From NCBI GenBank assembly GCA_001662655.1, contig KV460264.1: a DNA stretch of 59,703 nt. One strand, given 5' to 3'. Positions 34,176 through 46,563 of the stretch are shown in pieces. How positions within the stretch are numbered: the first letter of the stretch is position 1; each line of letters starts with the position of its first letter. The translations under genes and the position numbers were made by a program. Origin of the DNA: Pseudogymnoascus verrucosus. Taxonomy: Eukaryota. Under the pieces are notes generated by a model. The model made no database searches and was not told the DNA's origin. It was given only the letters and a program-made list of their open reading frames with translations.

Positions 34176-34765
34176 ACAAAAGCATCTGGCATATAAGGGT
34201 TGTTATCTGATTTGATGTCGGCCTAACTGCGATCCCATTGACGGCTTATTAAGGCATGATATTTTACGAAAGCATTGACGAGCGCTATGAAGAGGAGTGG
34301 GTGAGGTCGCCGCGCCGTGGGATAATAGATGGCCAGGAGGGGGGATACAGCAGGAATGGAGTTGTATAGATGAATCAAAAGAGTGATCATGGGTCTTTTC
34401 GCTTACCCGTGCCTCCGTTCCATTTCGATGTAGTAATATGAGAGTCTTGTGGGGAATCCAGCGGGGCAGGAATACCGTTTTTGTACTGTACAAGTTTTAT
34501 TGAGTATTATCAGAGTAGATAATATTTTACTTGGCAAACTCTTCCACCCGCTGCCACGTTATTTAAAGCATTATTAACGTAAATCCGTGACATTCCCAGA
34601 CTATATTAAGAACCGTCAAGCAAGCGCCAAGCATGTCGTCTGGAGGAAGAGGCCCACAACCAAGCGAACTGGCACCCGTCATAAGGCTACGACCATCTTC
34701 AGCCTTGCGTCACATCCTCCAACCTTCCACTCTCCACCTCCTCAACAACAGAGATACCTCCCACC

Positions 34766-35938
34766 ATGGCCGACGACGACGACGAATTCGGGGCCGACCC
34801 CGACTTTCTCGCCGCCCTAGCCGCCTCCGACAACCCCCCTCCCACCACCCGCATCACCCAACCCACGCCCCAACGCCTCGACCCTCCTCCCCCCACCACC
34901 ACCACAACACCCTCCAGCACCAAGATCGTCCAACCAACCCCCCAAGCCCTGCCCTCTCGCTCCAGCGGCTCCGCAATCTACGTCTCCCACCGACAGAAGG
35001 GAAACCCCATGCTCTCGCACCTGCGCGCGCAGCCGTGGGAATGGCGCGACACGCCTGCGGACTATGTGCTGGGCAACACGACTTGCGCGCTGTTTCTGAG
35101 TCTGAAGTACCACCGCTTGCACCCGGAGTATGTGTATAACCGCATCCGCGGACTGGGAGGGAAATACGCGCTCCGCGTGCTGTTGACACTGGTAGATATC
35201 CCGAACCACGAGGAGTCTGTCAAAGAGCTCAGCAAAACCGGGCTAGTGAACAACGTAACCGTGATCCTCTGCTGGAGCGCCGCGGAGGGGGCGCGGTATC
35301 TCGAGCTGTACAAGGGCTTCGAGCATGCGTCTGCGGCGGGGATAATGGGGGTTCAGGCGAAGGGGTACGCGGAGCAGTTTGTGGAGTTTGTGACGGTGCC
35401 GAGGGGGGTGAATAGGACGGATGCGGTGGGGATTGTGGGGGCGTTTGGGAGCGTGAGGGCGGCGGTTAATGCGAGGCCGGAGGAGGTGGCGGTGTTGAGT
35501 GGGTGGGGGGAGAAGAAGGTGAGGAGGTGGACGGAGGTGGTGAGGGAGCCGTTTAGGGTGGTGAAGGCGGGGAAGAGGGGGATGGGTGACGGGGAGGAGC
35601 GGGGGGAGGATGAGAGGAGGGGGGAGGCAGTTGAGGCGGTGCCAGTGAGGGATATGGATCAGTATACCAGACCCAAATCGCCGGGAATGTCGCGAGAGTC
35701 AGAAACAGCACAAGACAAGGGCAAGGAGAAGGAGAAGGAAACACAATCACAACCAAAGAAGCCCTTTCAGCTGCTAGAGTTAGACTCGGATTCAGGCGGC
35801 GAGGAGGCGCTGATCGCCGCGGAAATGGAAGAGGAAAGGCGGCAAAAACGCCGTAAGATAGAGGAGGAACAGAAGAGGAAAGAGGACGAGCTGAGTGGGG
35901 GTGTTGCAGCGGCGCTGGCGAAGCTGAGAAAGGAATAG
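34766..35938 (+). CDS. RAD10: DNA excision repair protein ERCC1/Rad10/Swi10
   Basis: IYVSHRQKGNPML, ADYVLG...LFLSLKYHRLHPEYVYNRI, WSAAEGARYLE, and an HhH2 region RGVNRTDA...GWGEKKVRR. Confidence 0.95.
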   Translation: MADDDDEFGADPDFLAALAASDNPPPTTRITQPTPQRLDPPPPTTTTTPSSTKIVQPTPQALPSRSSGSAIYVSHRQKGNPMLSHLRAQPWEWRDTPADYVLGNTTCALFLSLKYHRLHPEYVYNRIRGLGGKYALRVLLTLVDIPNHEESVKELSKTGLVNNVTVILCWSAAEGARYLELYKGFEHASAAGIMGVQAKGYAEQFVEFVTVPRGVNRTDAVGIVGAFGSVRAAVNARPEEVAVLSGWGEKKVRRWTEVVREPFRVVKAGKRGMGDGEERGEDERRGEAVEAVPVRDMDQYTRPKSPGMSRESETAQDKGKEKEKETQSQPKKPFQLLELDSDSGGEEALIAAEMEEERRQKRRKIEEEQKRKEDELSGGVAAALAKLRKE

Positions 35939-36366
35939 ATGATGTTGCCACTGGCAAGGAGTTATGGCGTTTTATGTATGGATATGGTGGGATGGGGGTT
36001 TTAGGAAGTCATCAACTTAGGAGTTTGAGGTCGATAAGGGGTGTCTTATAATGATAAATCGCCATCAATTCAAATTGTATTTCACAACACACACGATTTT
36101 TAACAAAGAACATCGTATTTATACGTAATACTGTACTGCCTACAATACACTTTCTGCACTTTTACCCTTTCCACCGCCGCATTACAAAGCGCATTTATTT
36201 CCCGCATCATCCCGTGCATAACCGTCTCCCTAGGTATAGTATAAAAAAAACAGTAAACAAAAAAAGCACGCGCACTCAGAGCCCTCTCCCTCTCCCCATC
36301 AAAGAATATAAATACACCGGAATACCTCCACTCCAAAGCTCTTCAGCTCTCACCTCTCAATCCTCA

Positions 36367-39298
36367 CTAAGCGGCAGTGGCAGGTCTGCTACCGGCGGCG
36401 CTCCCAGCCCTGCTACCAATGCTTCCGAAGCGGCTCCCCAGGCTATTTCTCGAGCGGCGGTGTCCACCACCAAAGTTCGTCGCCCAGTCGCGAAGCACGG
36501 GGATGGTCGGTATCGGGGTGGCTATGGTCAGGGTCGGGATGAAGATGCCGTACGACTGCGTCTGGCCGGAAGGATCATGCTGGTCCTTCTCGACACGGAT
36601 GGCCACATCGAGGGCTCCGTCGCCAGAATAGCCATGAACCAAGGGGTCCGCAGCGCGGTTTATGGTTCCAAACTCGGCCTCTCCTGGGCCAAGGGGAAGC
36701 ATCCCTGCCTTCTTGTTTACCTTGCCCGAGGTAGTGGCAGCAACTGTAGATCCCCCTGCCGGTGCATCACTCGCCGGTGCATCACTCGCCGGTGTCAGCG
36801 CTGCGCCACCTGTGGCAATGGTGTGCGAAGTTGCTGCAATTAGATCAGGGTCAACAGAACCGTCCATCTCTGTGATAGGGACAGGGATAGACTCTGTCCT
36901 GTTGCGGACTTGGTTGACGCGAGCGGTGGTGGCTGAGCACTCGGTGATCATAGTCCAGTTTCTGCTGGGCATCGTAACCTTGTTCGATGAGGACTTCTTT
37001 GGCACTTGTCCTGGCTCGCGATCAAACATCTTTATTAGAGTCTCATCCGTCTCCTTGTCGAGATGGTGGATTTTATTTTGATGATGCAACAGATTGGCGA
37101 TAGCAGCTGGTGGCGGCTTGTTGACAATGGCAGAAGACACAATGTTTGCCATGTAGCGTGAGTCTTCTTCAACAGGTATGCCCAGTTTGGGGTTTGCATA
37201 GAAGCGGCCAACGGCAGCAAGATGCACATCGCCAGAGAGAATCGTTACACGAACACCGTAAGTGCCAGAGAGGTCTTGCAACATCTTGACTAGTTGCAAG
37301 CGCTCGGCCTTGTGCCGATGTGCTGTGTAATGATCATCCAAGTCATCAACAAGATCAACAGAGCCATCAAACCTGTTGATGAAGCCTCCACCAAAACCGA
37401 AACGCTTGTTAAGGAACTTGACGGGGCCCATGAGTGGGCTGGAGAGGATGTTCTCCACCCACGTTAGGCGCTAGTCACGTATTAGTTTCTGAAGAATACA
37501 TCTGCCTTGGGACACTTACAGGATATGCAATGGGGATTCCCAGAAGAACGACCAAGTGCTTAATGGGTTTCTCAGAAGCTGCTGCCGCTGCGAGTTCGCT
37601 CGAGATTCTATCAAAAATCAACTGGTAAGTTTCCGGGTAGTTGACTTGACGTCTAGTACGTTCAGTTCTAGCATCCAATCCAAAGAAGGCGATTCTTGCT
37701 CCAAGCCTAGTGACGATGCTTCTCGAGTGCTCGGCGACGTATGGCCCAGGCTGGCGTCCAATGACGTAGCTGGGATCCATCTGGTCATTCTGCTTCACGA
37801 AGGTGCCTCTCATCTGAACTGGGTCAACACCAACTCCAGTACCGTCGTTATTCATAGTTTGAGGCGCATCGGTCGTATATGTTGAGACAGGTGGGGGAAG
37901 GTGGTGCTGGAACAGTAGGTAGTACTTGTAAGCGGTGCCACCAATTCCTCGGAAGACGTCGCATTGCATGAAATTGCTGACATAACTGCCAAAGCCATCA
38001 ATAATCTATCTATGTTAGTTATGAGTTTGGGCTTTTGGAGGTCAACATTTACATCATGATCGTCCCAAAGATTGAGCTGGGGAATCTGGCCGTTAGAACT
38101 TGCGAATGGTTCTGTTGAGTACCATCTAATATAGTTGTCGACGTAATAGTCGTCACAATCCTTGCGTAGAGTTTCTGAGAAAGCGTACTCTCTTCTCTTC
38201 CTCGGGTTCGAGATGGAAGTCCACTCTCGCAATGGCCCGTGGACTCTGATGCCGTCGTTGTAAATCTGATCACCTCCACCGATCCTAAGAAGTTAGATTC
38301 AGGTCTTGACATGGAAAGTGTGCTACTCACATGACATGGAAAGGCGTTTGGCTGTGGACCCTCTGCACGTCGTTCCATAACGCCGGGCCACTCCAAGCAT
38401 CCTCATCTGTTCCAACCGAGAAACCATTGCAAGAATGGAACATGATGCGCATGGACTCATTGATCGAAGGCACCCAAAAGCTCTGGCGATCAGTCTTTCC
38501 ATCGCTCGGGAATCGCAGCAATGGAATCTGGTAGGCCCACTCTGCCTCGAGCTCCTCCATTTCGAGAGCAATGTTGAATCTCCAGAATCTGTTACGCAAA
38601 TCAGAGTAGAGCAGCTCTCCCTTGATGCTGGCATCAATGGGAGTGTCATATTCTGTGCCCTGGCCTTGTCGCGATGCATAGATATGGCCCACCGGTTGCA
38701 CCAACTCTTCTGGTCTTCTCGGCGCGAGCTTCTTCAGCAGAAGCTCGGGAACCCATGCGTGGTCCGCTGGCCTGGTAACACCCCCCCGAACGACTATGAG
38801 GACACTTCCAAACCATACGTTACCCTCCATTCGTCTGTAGTTCAACAGAGGTCCGCAGCTAACCTCCCTCCCGTCAACAACTTCCACGTATACTGTAGTC
38901 GGCCGGACGTCAGCACCACCAAGTCCAACAGGCGGTGGTGCATTGGCCGTAGCCACGCGCTCGTTCGCGCCGTCAAACCCCCCGTAACCGTCGGCCGCGA
39001 TGGGGTGGTACGGCCTATTCCCCCCCGGCGGCGGCGCATAGCCACTCGCATCAGCGAGAGGTGGGCCTGTGCCCTCAATTCGTGTAGTGTTCAGGAAGCT
39101 CGTGAGGTCGCTCGTGCCGGTGTGCGCGTTGGCGGGGCGGACCTCGCTGTGCGGCGGGTTGCCAACAGTGCCGGCGGCGGCGGCGGCGGCGTGTCGGGCA
39201 TACCTGGAAGACTCTTGATGGCGCCATCTGCTGGCAGAGGCACCCGGATTGTCGTCTTTACTACTGCCACCTTGATTATCTTTGGATGGGTGGCTCAT
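36367..39298 (-). CDS. PhoD-like metallophosphatase domain protein (exons 39298-38331, 38284-38053, 38004-37520, 37470-36367)
   Basis: MFHSCNGFS, HVMIGGGDQIYND, WDDHDIIDGFGSY, DARTER and ILSGDVHLAA metallophosphoesterase motifs. Three canonical introns. Confidence 0.9.
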
Positions 39299-40273
39299 GG
39301 CTGCGAGAACTGTTCTTGGGAACGTCGGTTATGAGAACTTGCGGAGTCCAATTATTATAACGGAAATAGATGCCCGCCAAGCTCAATCAGCTCTCTTGGT
39401 ACGTGCTGATGCTGACGTGTCAGAGTGTTGGCGCAGGACACAAGGAGGCTGGAGTTGTGGTCAGCTTTCTTGCTCCGCCGGTTTGTTTACGTCGCAAAGG
39501 GAAGGGTCGAGGAGGACTCACACCAATGTGACCTAGCAACCGCGGTTGTCAGTGGTAAATAACACTTTTGAGAAGGAGCGACCGCGGAAAAGTCAAAATA
39601 TAGATAAGGCAGTTGCGATGGGGGTATAATGCGACCTAATTGCCCTTAAAAGTAAAAGAGGAGAAAAGATGCCGTACAATGGGCATTTTAGAGATCTTGG
39701 CTGGTTGTGGCTGGTTGCTCCCCTCCCCTGGTTAGAATTGGGTTCTTGGTCATGACGTTGCTGTGGACAAGGGTAGTTCAGCTGGTCCTGTACAGTAAAA
39801 ATGGTAAAAATGGTACCTTTGTCCGCAGCACAGGGCACACAGCGAATAAGGTACCGGTCTTGGCACTCTAAAGACACTCTAAGACAACAAATTTAACTTC
39901 ACAAGCCGAGTAAGCTCCTCTCCATACAAACTCATTGGCTCAAAAAGGCTCAATATGGTAATATTCCCCCGTCTTCTCCATTATAATCATGGAAATCCAC
40001 CAAACTATCTCTCTAGATACTCTAGATAGGGTAGATACACTTAAAATACACCCTATAACCGACGATCAGCTCATTACTGGGCACTTGCTCAACTTCCTTG
40101 TGATTATTGACTCGGCTTAACTATCTATACTCACTTCTGTTTATGCTATGCCATACTATGTACACTGCTATATCTTACACGATCATCCCAATCACTACTA
40201 TACGGGGATATAGAGTAACAAAGTCTCTTCTCTCTCCCCTATAGCCCTATCCGTACAATTCCCCCCCACTCCA

Positions 40274-41953
40274 CTACCATCCTTTCCCCGGCCCTCCCCT
40301 CGAGCTCCCCACCAACCGCCTCCTCTGAACCTCCCTATACCTCATCCTCCACTTAATAGCCTCCACCGCCGCCAACCCCCCAAACGCCCCTCCCAAATGC
40401 GCCAAATGATCATACTGACTGGGCTGGAACTTATTCCTCCTCAACGACCACACCTCATACGCGATCCAGGCCGCGAGCCACCACGCCCCCGTAGGCCCCG
40501 AATACGGTTCCGGCGGCAAGATCCCAAATAGCCTCATCGAATTCCCCCAATTCAAGTACAGCGTCGCGGCGACGACTCCGTTCAGCGCACCACTAGCGCC
40601 CAGACTGGAGACGTGGAAGCGCTTCGTCATGACGTGGAAGACTAGCGAGGCGAAGGAGCCAGTCACCGCGGATCCGAAGTAGAGGGCGAGGAAGTTGCCG
40701 CGGCCGATCATGTCGTGTAGCTGTGTGCCCATGAAGAAAATCATCATCATGTTGATGGCTAGATGCTTGAAGCTCTGGTGGCTGAATGCGTTGCCCAGCA
40801 CCGCCAGCGCCCGCGGGTAGCCAGGAACAGAGAGGAAGTACTTATTCAGCACCCGCCATGCCGGCGGGTGATGCCACGCGAGGAGTATGAAGGCGTTGAA
40901 GGCTATGATCGACCCAATGGTCACGACCGAGGGCGGGATGTCCTTGAACATCCTATCCGCTGCCGCCGGGGGTACGTACGAGCCAGAGTAGACGACGCAC
41001 CCCGCGATAACAGCCAGGGTGACGAGCGCAGACGGCCACAGGCGCTGGAACGCTGTGTAGTCCGGCGGCGCGTCCGGGACGACCTTGGAAGCGAGCGCGG
41101 TGTAGTGTTTGAGCAACTCGTTCTCTCCCGGGCGTCGGAGCTCAACCCCGCGGTCGTCGTGTGTCATCAGTCCCCCCGACTTCTCGCCCATCTCTGCCAT
41201 CTGCTGCGCCCGCAGTGCATCTCTCTTCGCGACCTTCTCTTCCCATTCCTTCTCCTTGGCCTCTCGCACGGCGTCGAGCACGCTCTTGTTGGTCGGGGTA
41301 TTCCTGCTCTGCGGGTTGTATTCCTTGCCCCCTCCTCCTGGTGTAGACACATCCTCCCCCATAGCAGCCAATTCGATCTCCGCCCTCCTCCCCGCGCTCT
41401 GCCGCTCATTAACAACAATATTCCTCCTCAACCACTTCAGCGCCGTAACCTTCATAACCTTATCCATCTGCGGATGCGGCTTCGGCAACGACGGGTCCGC
41501 GAGCGTCCCCGCCACACGTCGGCCCTGTAGAACTCTAAGCACCTTGTCCGCGATAACTGGGTCGATTTCCCGTCCAAATAGTGCAGCGACTTCCTTCTTC
41601 GCGAGCGGGCGCGCGTAGTATGCCAGTCCGTCCATATCCGTGTATGTCCGTGGTAACTCCTCGAATTTCGTGATTATCTTCGGCCCCGCGGTCGCGTAGC
41701 CGCGTTCCTGCCATCGGGACCGTAGGCCAGAGCTCCCTGGTGTCGGTCTTGCGTGTAATCCGAGCTGCGTTGCGGTAGAAGATCCGGCGACATCGCGCTG
41801 GCTCCCGCGGAGGGACGAGGCTGCGGCAGTGACTGTATACGGCCTCGACACCGCCGTAAGCTGGGACACCAAACTCCCCAGCACCTGCCTCGAATGCAGC
41901 GGCCTCGGGCCCTTACAAAGCGCTCTCGAGACCGTAGGCCCTGAGATAATCAT
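40274..41953 (-). CDS. PCP1: Mitochondrial rhomboid protease (Pcp1/PARL-like)
   Basis: Arg/Ser-rich presequence-like N-terminus, FSHQSFKHLAINM, SLGASGA (catalytic Ser) and DHLAHLGG (catalytic His), with several TM helices. First in-frame ATG is at 41953. Confidence 0.88.
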   Translation of the reverse strand: MIISGPTVSRALCKGPRPLHSRQVLGSLVSQLTAVSRPYTVTAAASSLRGSQRDVAGSSTATQLGLHARPTPGSSGLRSRWQERGYATAGPKIITKFEELPRTYTDMDGLAYYARPLAKKEVAALFGREIDPVIADKVLRVLQGRRVAGTLADPSLPKPHPQMDKVMKVTALKWLRRNIVVNERQSAGRRAEIELAAMGEDVSTPGGGGKEYNPQSRNTPTNKSVLDAVREAKEKEWEEKVAKRDALRAQQMAEMGEKSGGLMTHDDRGVELRRPGENELLKHYTALASKVVPDAPPDYTAFQRLWPSALVTLAVIAGCVVYSGSYVPPAAADRMFKDIPPSVVTIGSIIAFNAFILLAWHHPPAWRVLNKYFLSVPGYPRALAVLGNAFSHQSFKHLAINMMMIFFMGTQLHDMIGRGNFLALYFGSAVTGSFASLVFHVMTKRFHVSSLGASGALNGVVAATLYLNWGNSMRLFGILPPEPYSGPTGAWWLAAWIAYEVWSLRRNKFQPSQYDHLAHLGGAFGGLAAVEAIKWRMRYREVQRRRLVGSSRGGPGKGW

Positions 41954-42267
41954 CCTGGCGCCGAGCAAAGTCTATACGGCATCCGAAGTTGGCTTCCCCA
42001 GGTCCGCGTCTATCCAGATAACGATCCCCTTCCCGAAAAAATCCAGCGCACGGACCACCAAAGCTGGGCTGGGTCACCAATGAACGCACATGTCCAGAGG
42101 GCAGCGCAGCGCACCAGCTCCCCTCGCAATTGCACACCCCACGCCCTCCGCCGCCGACGATAACGACAGCTCCTCCCCAGTCGCTATACGATCAGAAGTC
42201 CGGAAGTTAGAGGAAGAAGTAGCACGCGCAGCCATCTCGCCGGGCCTCGAGCCGGCTGGCGCCGACC

Positions 42268-42772
42268 ATGTCTCTTGAGGGGTATATCAATAGTGAGCCC
42301 CTCCTCCCCCCCTGCCCCGCGCTGGAACAACCCCTACAGATGATGCAGCGGCGGCCACCGTGGGGAGTGCGCTATGGCAGGTACTAACTGGTTGCAGAGA
42401 AGGTGGTGGTTTTGACGTGTGATTCGAGGACGTTGGTTGGGATGTTGTTGTCGTGTGATCAGATGACGAATTTGGTATGTTTGTTCTGTTCGAGATCCTG
42501 ATGAGCGCCTTGGGCTGGGGTGGATTGGGAGGATTGAGGGGAGCTAGGAGGGGATTGTGGCTAATGTGGAATAGGTCCTGGGGCAGACTACGGAGCGGAT
42601 TATTCGCCCTCATGACGACGAGGAGCCGTCGAGCGAGGTGGAGCATGGGTTGTATATTGTTAGGGGAGATAATGTGACGGTGGTTGGGCTGGTAGATGAG
42701 GAGCTGGATGAGAGCATAAACTGGAATGAGGTGCGAGGGGCTGTTATTGGAGGTGTCAAGCACTCGGCGTGA
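42268..42772 (+). CDS. LSM8: U6 snRNA-associated Sm-like protein Lsm8 (exons 42268-42292, 42398-42474, 42575-42772)
   Basis: Absent from the ORF track. Spliced product: MSLEGYINKKVVVLTCDSRTLVGMLLSCDQMTNLVLGQTTERII...EVEHGLYIVRGDNVTVVGLVDEELDESINWNEVRGAVIGGVKHSA*. Confidence 0.95.
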
Positions 42773-43088
42773 GATGGGACGGGAATCTAGACAGGAGGTG
42801 GATGATGAGTGCGAAGTCAGGATAAAGGGCTGCCCAGGGGGAGGCTATTTGCGGCGGAAGACAGTTGGGAAACAGGACAGACAAAAGTCTGATGCATATT
42901 ACGGCGTTATGAGGATATGAATGGATCAGATATAAATGCGGCTGCGGACGCCATTGTCGAGGATAATGTCTACATTTTGAAATAAAAAGATATGGGGCGA
43001 TTCAATCAGACTGCCCACGGTACATATTGAAAATCTGGCATTCTAAAATACTAAATATGTGATCTAGATTCATACTCTCGGATATCTC

Positions 43089-44642
43089 CTAACCAAATAT
43101 GCGGTTCAGCAGGTATGGGGCAAATTCAAGATCTCCCGGTGACTCCGCAATCCTGTTGATGCGGTTTCCCTTCCACACATTCAACCATCCATATTCATCG
43201 TTCACCAGGTTGCCCTCCCCATCATCCCCCTGCATAGAGGGGTCCACCTGTGCCTGCGCGCTGGCATCATCCGGCTTTGGCCCACCCAACTTCCTTCTGT
43301 TGCGACGGTCGACGATATGCATACCCCTCGTCCACTGTCCCGCAGTCTCGACTCTGATATCCTCGGGTGCACCAGGGGCAGCCTTCCACGCCGGGTTGGA
43401 TTGAGTCAGCATGTACCATATGGTTAGGGGGTCGTGCAGGGAGAGTCCGGGGTCAGCGAAGCCTTGGGTGAGAGAATTGATCTTCTCGTAGGTCGTGTTC
43501 ATGAAGACCGAGACCCATTCTGCCAGGGGGCTGCCCGCAGCAACGAGCGGCTTGACTTTGGTGTCGAAGAGGGATTTCGGGAGGAGATGGCGCTCGGTGA
43601 TGTCGAGGGGGAAGAGGGAGAGCTTTAGTTGCTTGGACAGATTCTTTGGGTAAGGGGCAAGAGCTGTTTTGGCCTCTGGCATGGCGGGTGGCATGGTTGA
43701 TGAAGGCGAGGGCGAGGTCAGGGCGAAGATGCGAGCAGTGGCTGAGGCGTCTGCGTAGGTGTTGAACTCTGATAAGGGGGTAATGTTTCCTGGGTAGTTG
43801 ATCGTGCCACCCATCACCACCACCTCTTTAACGCGGAGGAATGTCTCTGGGTCCTCAGCAGCAGCAATCGCCAGGTTGGTCAAGGGCCCAACGGCAATAA
43901 TTGTGATTGTATCGGGTTCGTTTTCACGGAGTAGTCGTAGAATCTCCTGGTATGCTGGGACTTTGGAGGCAGTAAATGCCGTTGATGGGGTTCCAAGTTC
44001 GTTTGCTTTCTCGACTTCGGAGTCTGTTGATCCTGGTGGAGCTTTTGTAAAGAGCGACTTCCACGCATCGGATGGCGACAGGTGAGGATGCTGTGAATGT
44101 CAGTACGGCAGCCTCGACTTTGTTCAATGGACACTCACGCTAGAATGGACGCCTCCCAGTCCGTCTCTACCGTCTGGATTGCTTGTTAGCTGTTATGTAA
44201 AGGCACAGAGTGTCAGATGCACATACGGAAGAAGTCTGCCATCAAAATCTCCTCCGCCAGCGGGTGGCTTGTACCAACAGCAACGATGGGCTTAAATGTC
44301 TCCGCGGTGGTGAAGCCTTGTGGTAGGCCCTTGCTCTTCCTCCACTCCTTTTCTTTCTCGAGGACGTGGAACAATGCCACGACATTCTTGAGGCAGCTGT
44401 TGCCTGTCAACGCGGTTCCTTAGTTATGTGTTGGATCGCCATACCTGTCGAGCTCGACATTTCCGTATGTCACCGAGATGAGAAGAACCTCAAACTCTTC
44501 TGGCGTGGCTGACAGCGCCAAGAGTAAGGCAAGGACATCGTCGACTCCTTCAGCACAGTTAGAAAGGGATCCTGCATACCATCGCGTCGAAAGGCTGCCT
44601 ACCTGGGTCAGTGTCAATAATGATGCGTTGCTGGGGCGCCAT
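43089..44642 (-). CDS. Inosine/uridine-preferring nucleoside hydrolase (exons 44642-44603, 44547-44445, 44396-44227, 44173-44139, 44090-43089)
   Basis: IIIDTDPGVDD, VTYGNV, HGRDGLGG, AVGPLTNLA, MGG..GNITPLSEFN, PLDIT and LHDPL. Four canonical introns. Confidence 0.93.
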
Positions 44643-45312
44643 GTTCGTGAAAGTGCTGGTTGTCACTTGTATTCTCTAGTGTTTTATACAAGTAAAGTAA
44701 AGTAATGAATAACGGCACAGTATTCCGCAATAGCAGCAGCTTCCTTCAATATATAGATGTCCAAAGACTCAGAGTCGCAAAGTTGCTTACTTTATGTTAT
44801 GGAGGGGTAAGGCGCCTGTCTATCAAACTCGTGACAATCATTCCCCAGTTTAACTCCCCCCACCTACCAAGAGCCTACTAGAGTAAGTAAGGCAAGAGCT
44901 ATGCACTACCGTATTCCGTATAGTAGGATAAACCTGCGGATTTACGGATTAACGGATTAACTTAACTTTGCGGAGACAAACATTAGTAAATATTAGTGAA
45001 AGGATAGTTGATGGGGCACTTTGATAGGACGGTGATACGACGAATGAGCTTCCCAATTCGGCGGACACCATATCAGGTCACCCGTCTACACCGCCCTCGG
45101 CAGAATCGCTGTCGCAGATTAGTGCCAATCCATTAGTCCATTTCCAAAGGGGACACGCAACGAGAATCACTACACTCATCACACGCCTTCCAGCTCAAAA
45201 AAACACTTTCACTACATTCAATCGCTGTTTAGCTATCGATTTTCCAAACCCATCAACAGAAGCCTATCAGGGCAATCTTTACTGTCTTGTTATTCCACCG
45301 TTCCTGCAAGCA

Positions 45313-46563
45313 ATGTCGTCGAGCCTATCGTTCTACGGGGGATGGGCGGGCATCGCCGTCGTTGGTGCTGGATACTGGTACCTGCAGAATCGGAAGCCAG
45401 CCGCCGTCAAGCAAACAAAAGCTGCACCAACGAAACCAGCGACCAAGCAAACAGAAGCACGGAAGGATGGCAAGGCTAAGAAACAACGAAGCGAGGGGGC
45501 TCAGAGCAGTGGAGATCAAGCGTCAGAGAAGAGCACAACCAAAAAGGCACGGAAGGCTGTCAAGGTTGACGCCAAACCTGCTGTGCAGAATGTCACTCCT
45601 AAACCCACCACAACCTCAAACGATGACGATGATGACGAGATCGACAATCGAGAGTTTGCCCGCCAGCTCAGCAATGCCAAAGCAGGCACTGCCATCGGTT
45701 CGAAACCACAAGCAGGGGCACGCCAAAAGTCTGTCAAGCAATCCCGGGCACAAGCCGCAGCATCCAACAGCTTTGATGATAACACAGCTTCCGCCACCTC
45801 ATCCAATGCAGGTGCTGACGCCGATGATGACTTGTCGGCTGCCAATTCCCCAGTTTTGAACGCTAGATCCTCAAGCAACCTGGGTGGCGTTGGTGACATG
45901 CTGGAGCCCGTCTCCCAGGGCCCATCGGTCCTTCGCATCACCTCTCCAGTCAACCCTCAACCAAAGAAGGAGAAGAAGGCAGCAAAGGCACCCGAGCCAG
46001 TCGAAACAAAGAAGCAACGTCAGAACCGCAAGAAGAGAGAAGCTGAGAAGCTAGCTCTGGCGGCATCAGAGACAGATCGCAAGGTGCTCCTGGAGTCCCA
46101 GCGCCGCACAGCCCGCGAAGCTGAAGGCCGGGCTGCCAAGGATGGAAGCCTATACACAAACTCGGCTGCGGCCGCCTCAGTCTGGAAGGCAGACGAGGCC
46201 GCTGTTGAGGCCAAGCCTGCCAATGGACAGGTGGAGCTACTCGACACATACGAGCCGGCAACCAAGCCAGCTGCTACGAAGCCAAAGGCAAAGGGAGGCG
46301 ACGATTATGCGACCTTACCATCTGAAGAGGAGCAGCTGAGACTTATCGAGGAGGATTCTGCATGGAACACTGTCACCAAGCCGAAGAAGGGAAAGAAGAA
46401 GGCGGATGAGGCAGTTAAGCCTGTTGAGGCACCAACCCCTCCCCCAAATGTGCCGGAGACCAAGCTCCCAAAGCAGCGCACTGAGGAGCTTACCTGGGTG
46501 GACAACAACGAGCACGGAGTCGCCAAGTACGACCTTGCGGATGACGACTGGGAGGTCGCGTAA
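45313..46563 (+). CDS. Hypothetical protein with an N-terminal membrane anchor and a charged, disordered body
   Basis: 416-aa ORF with coding-like codon usage. TM segment GWAGIAVVGAGYWYL, ETKKQRQNRKK motif, and WNTVTKPKK. Confidence 0.85.
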   Translation: MSSSLSFYGGWAGIAVVGAGYWYLQNRKPAAVKQTKAAPTKPATKQTEARKDGKAKKQRSEGAQSSGDQASEKSTTKKARKAVKVDAKPAVQNVTPKPTTTSNDDDDDEIDNREFARQLSNAKAGTAIGSKPQAGARQKSVKQSRAQAAASNSFDDNTASATSSNAGADADDDLSAANSPVLNARSSSNLGGVGDMLEPVSQGPSVLRITSPVNPQPKKEKKAAKAPEPVETKKQRQNRKKREAEKLALAASETDRKVLLESQRRTAREAEGRAAKDGSLYTNSAAAASVWKADEAAVEAKPANGQVELLDTYEPATKPAATKPKAKGGDDYATLPSEEEQLRLIEEDSAWNTVTKPKKGKKKADEAVKPVEAPTPPPNVPETKLPKQRTEELTWVDNNEHGVAKYDLADDDWEVA

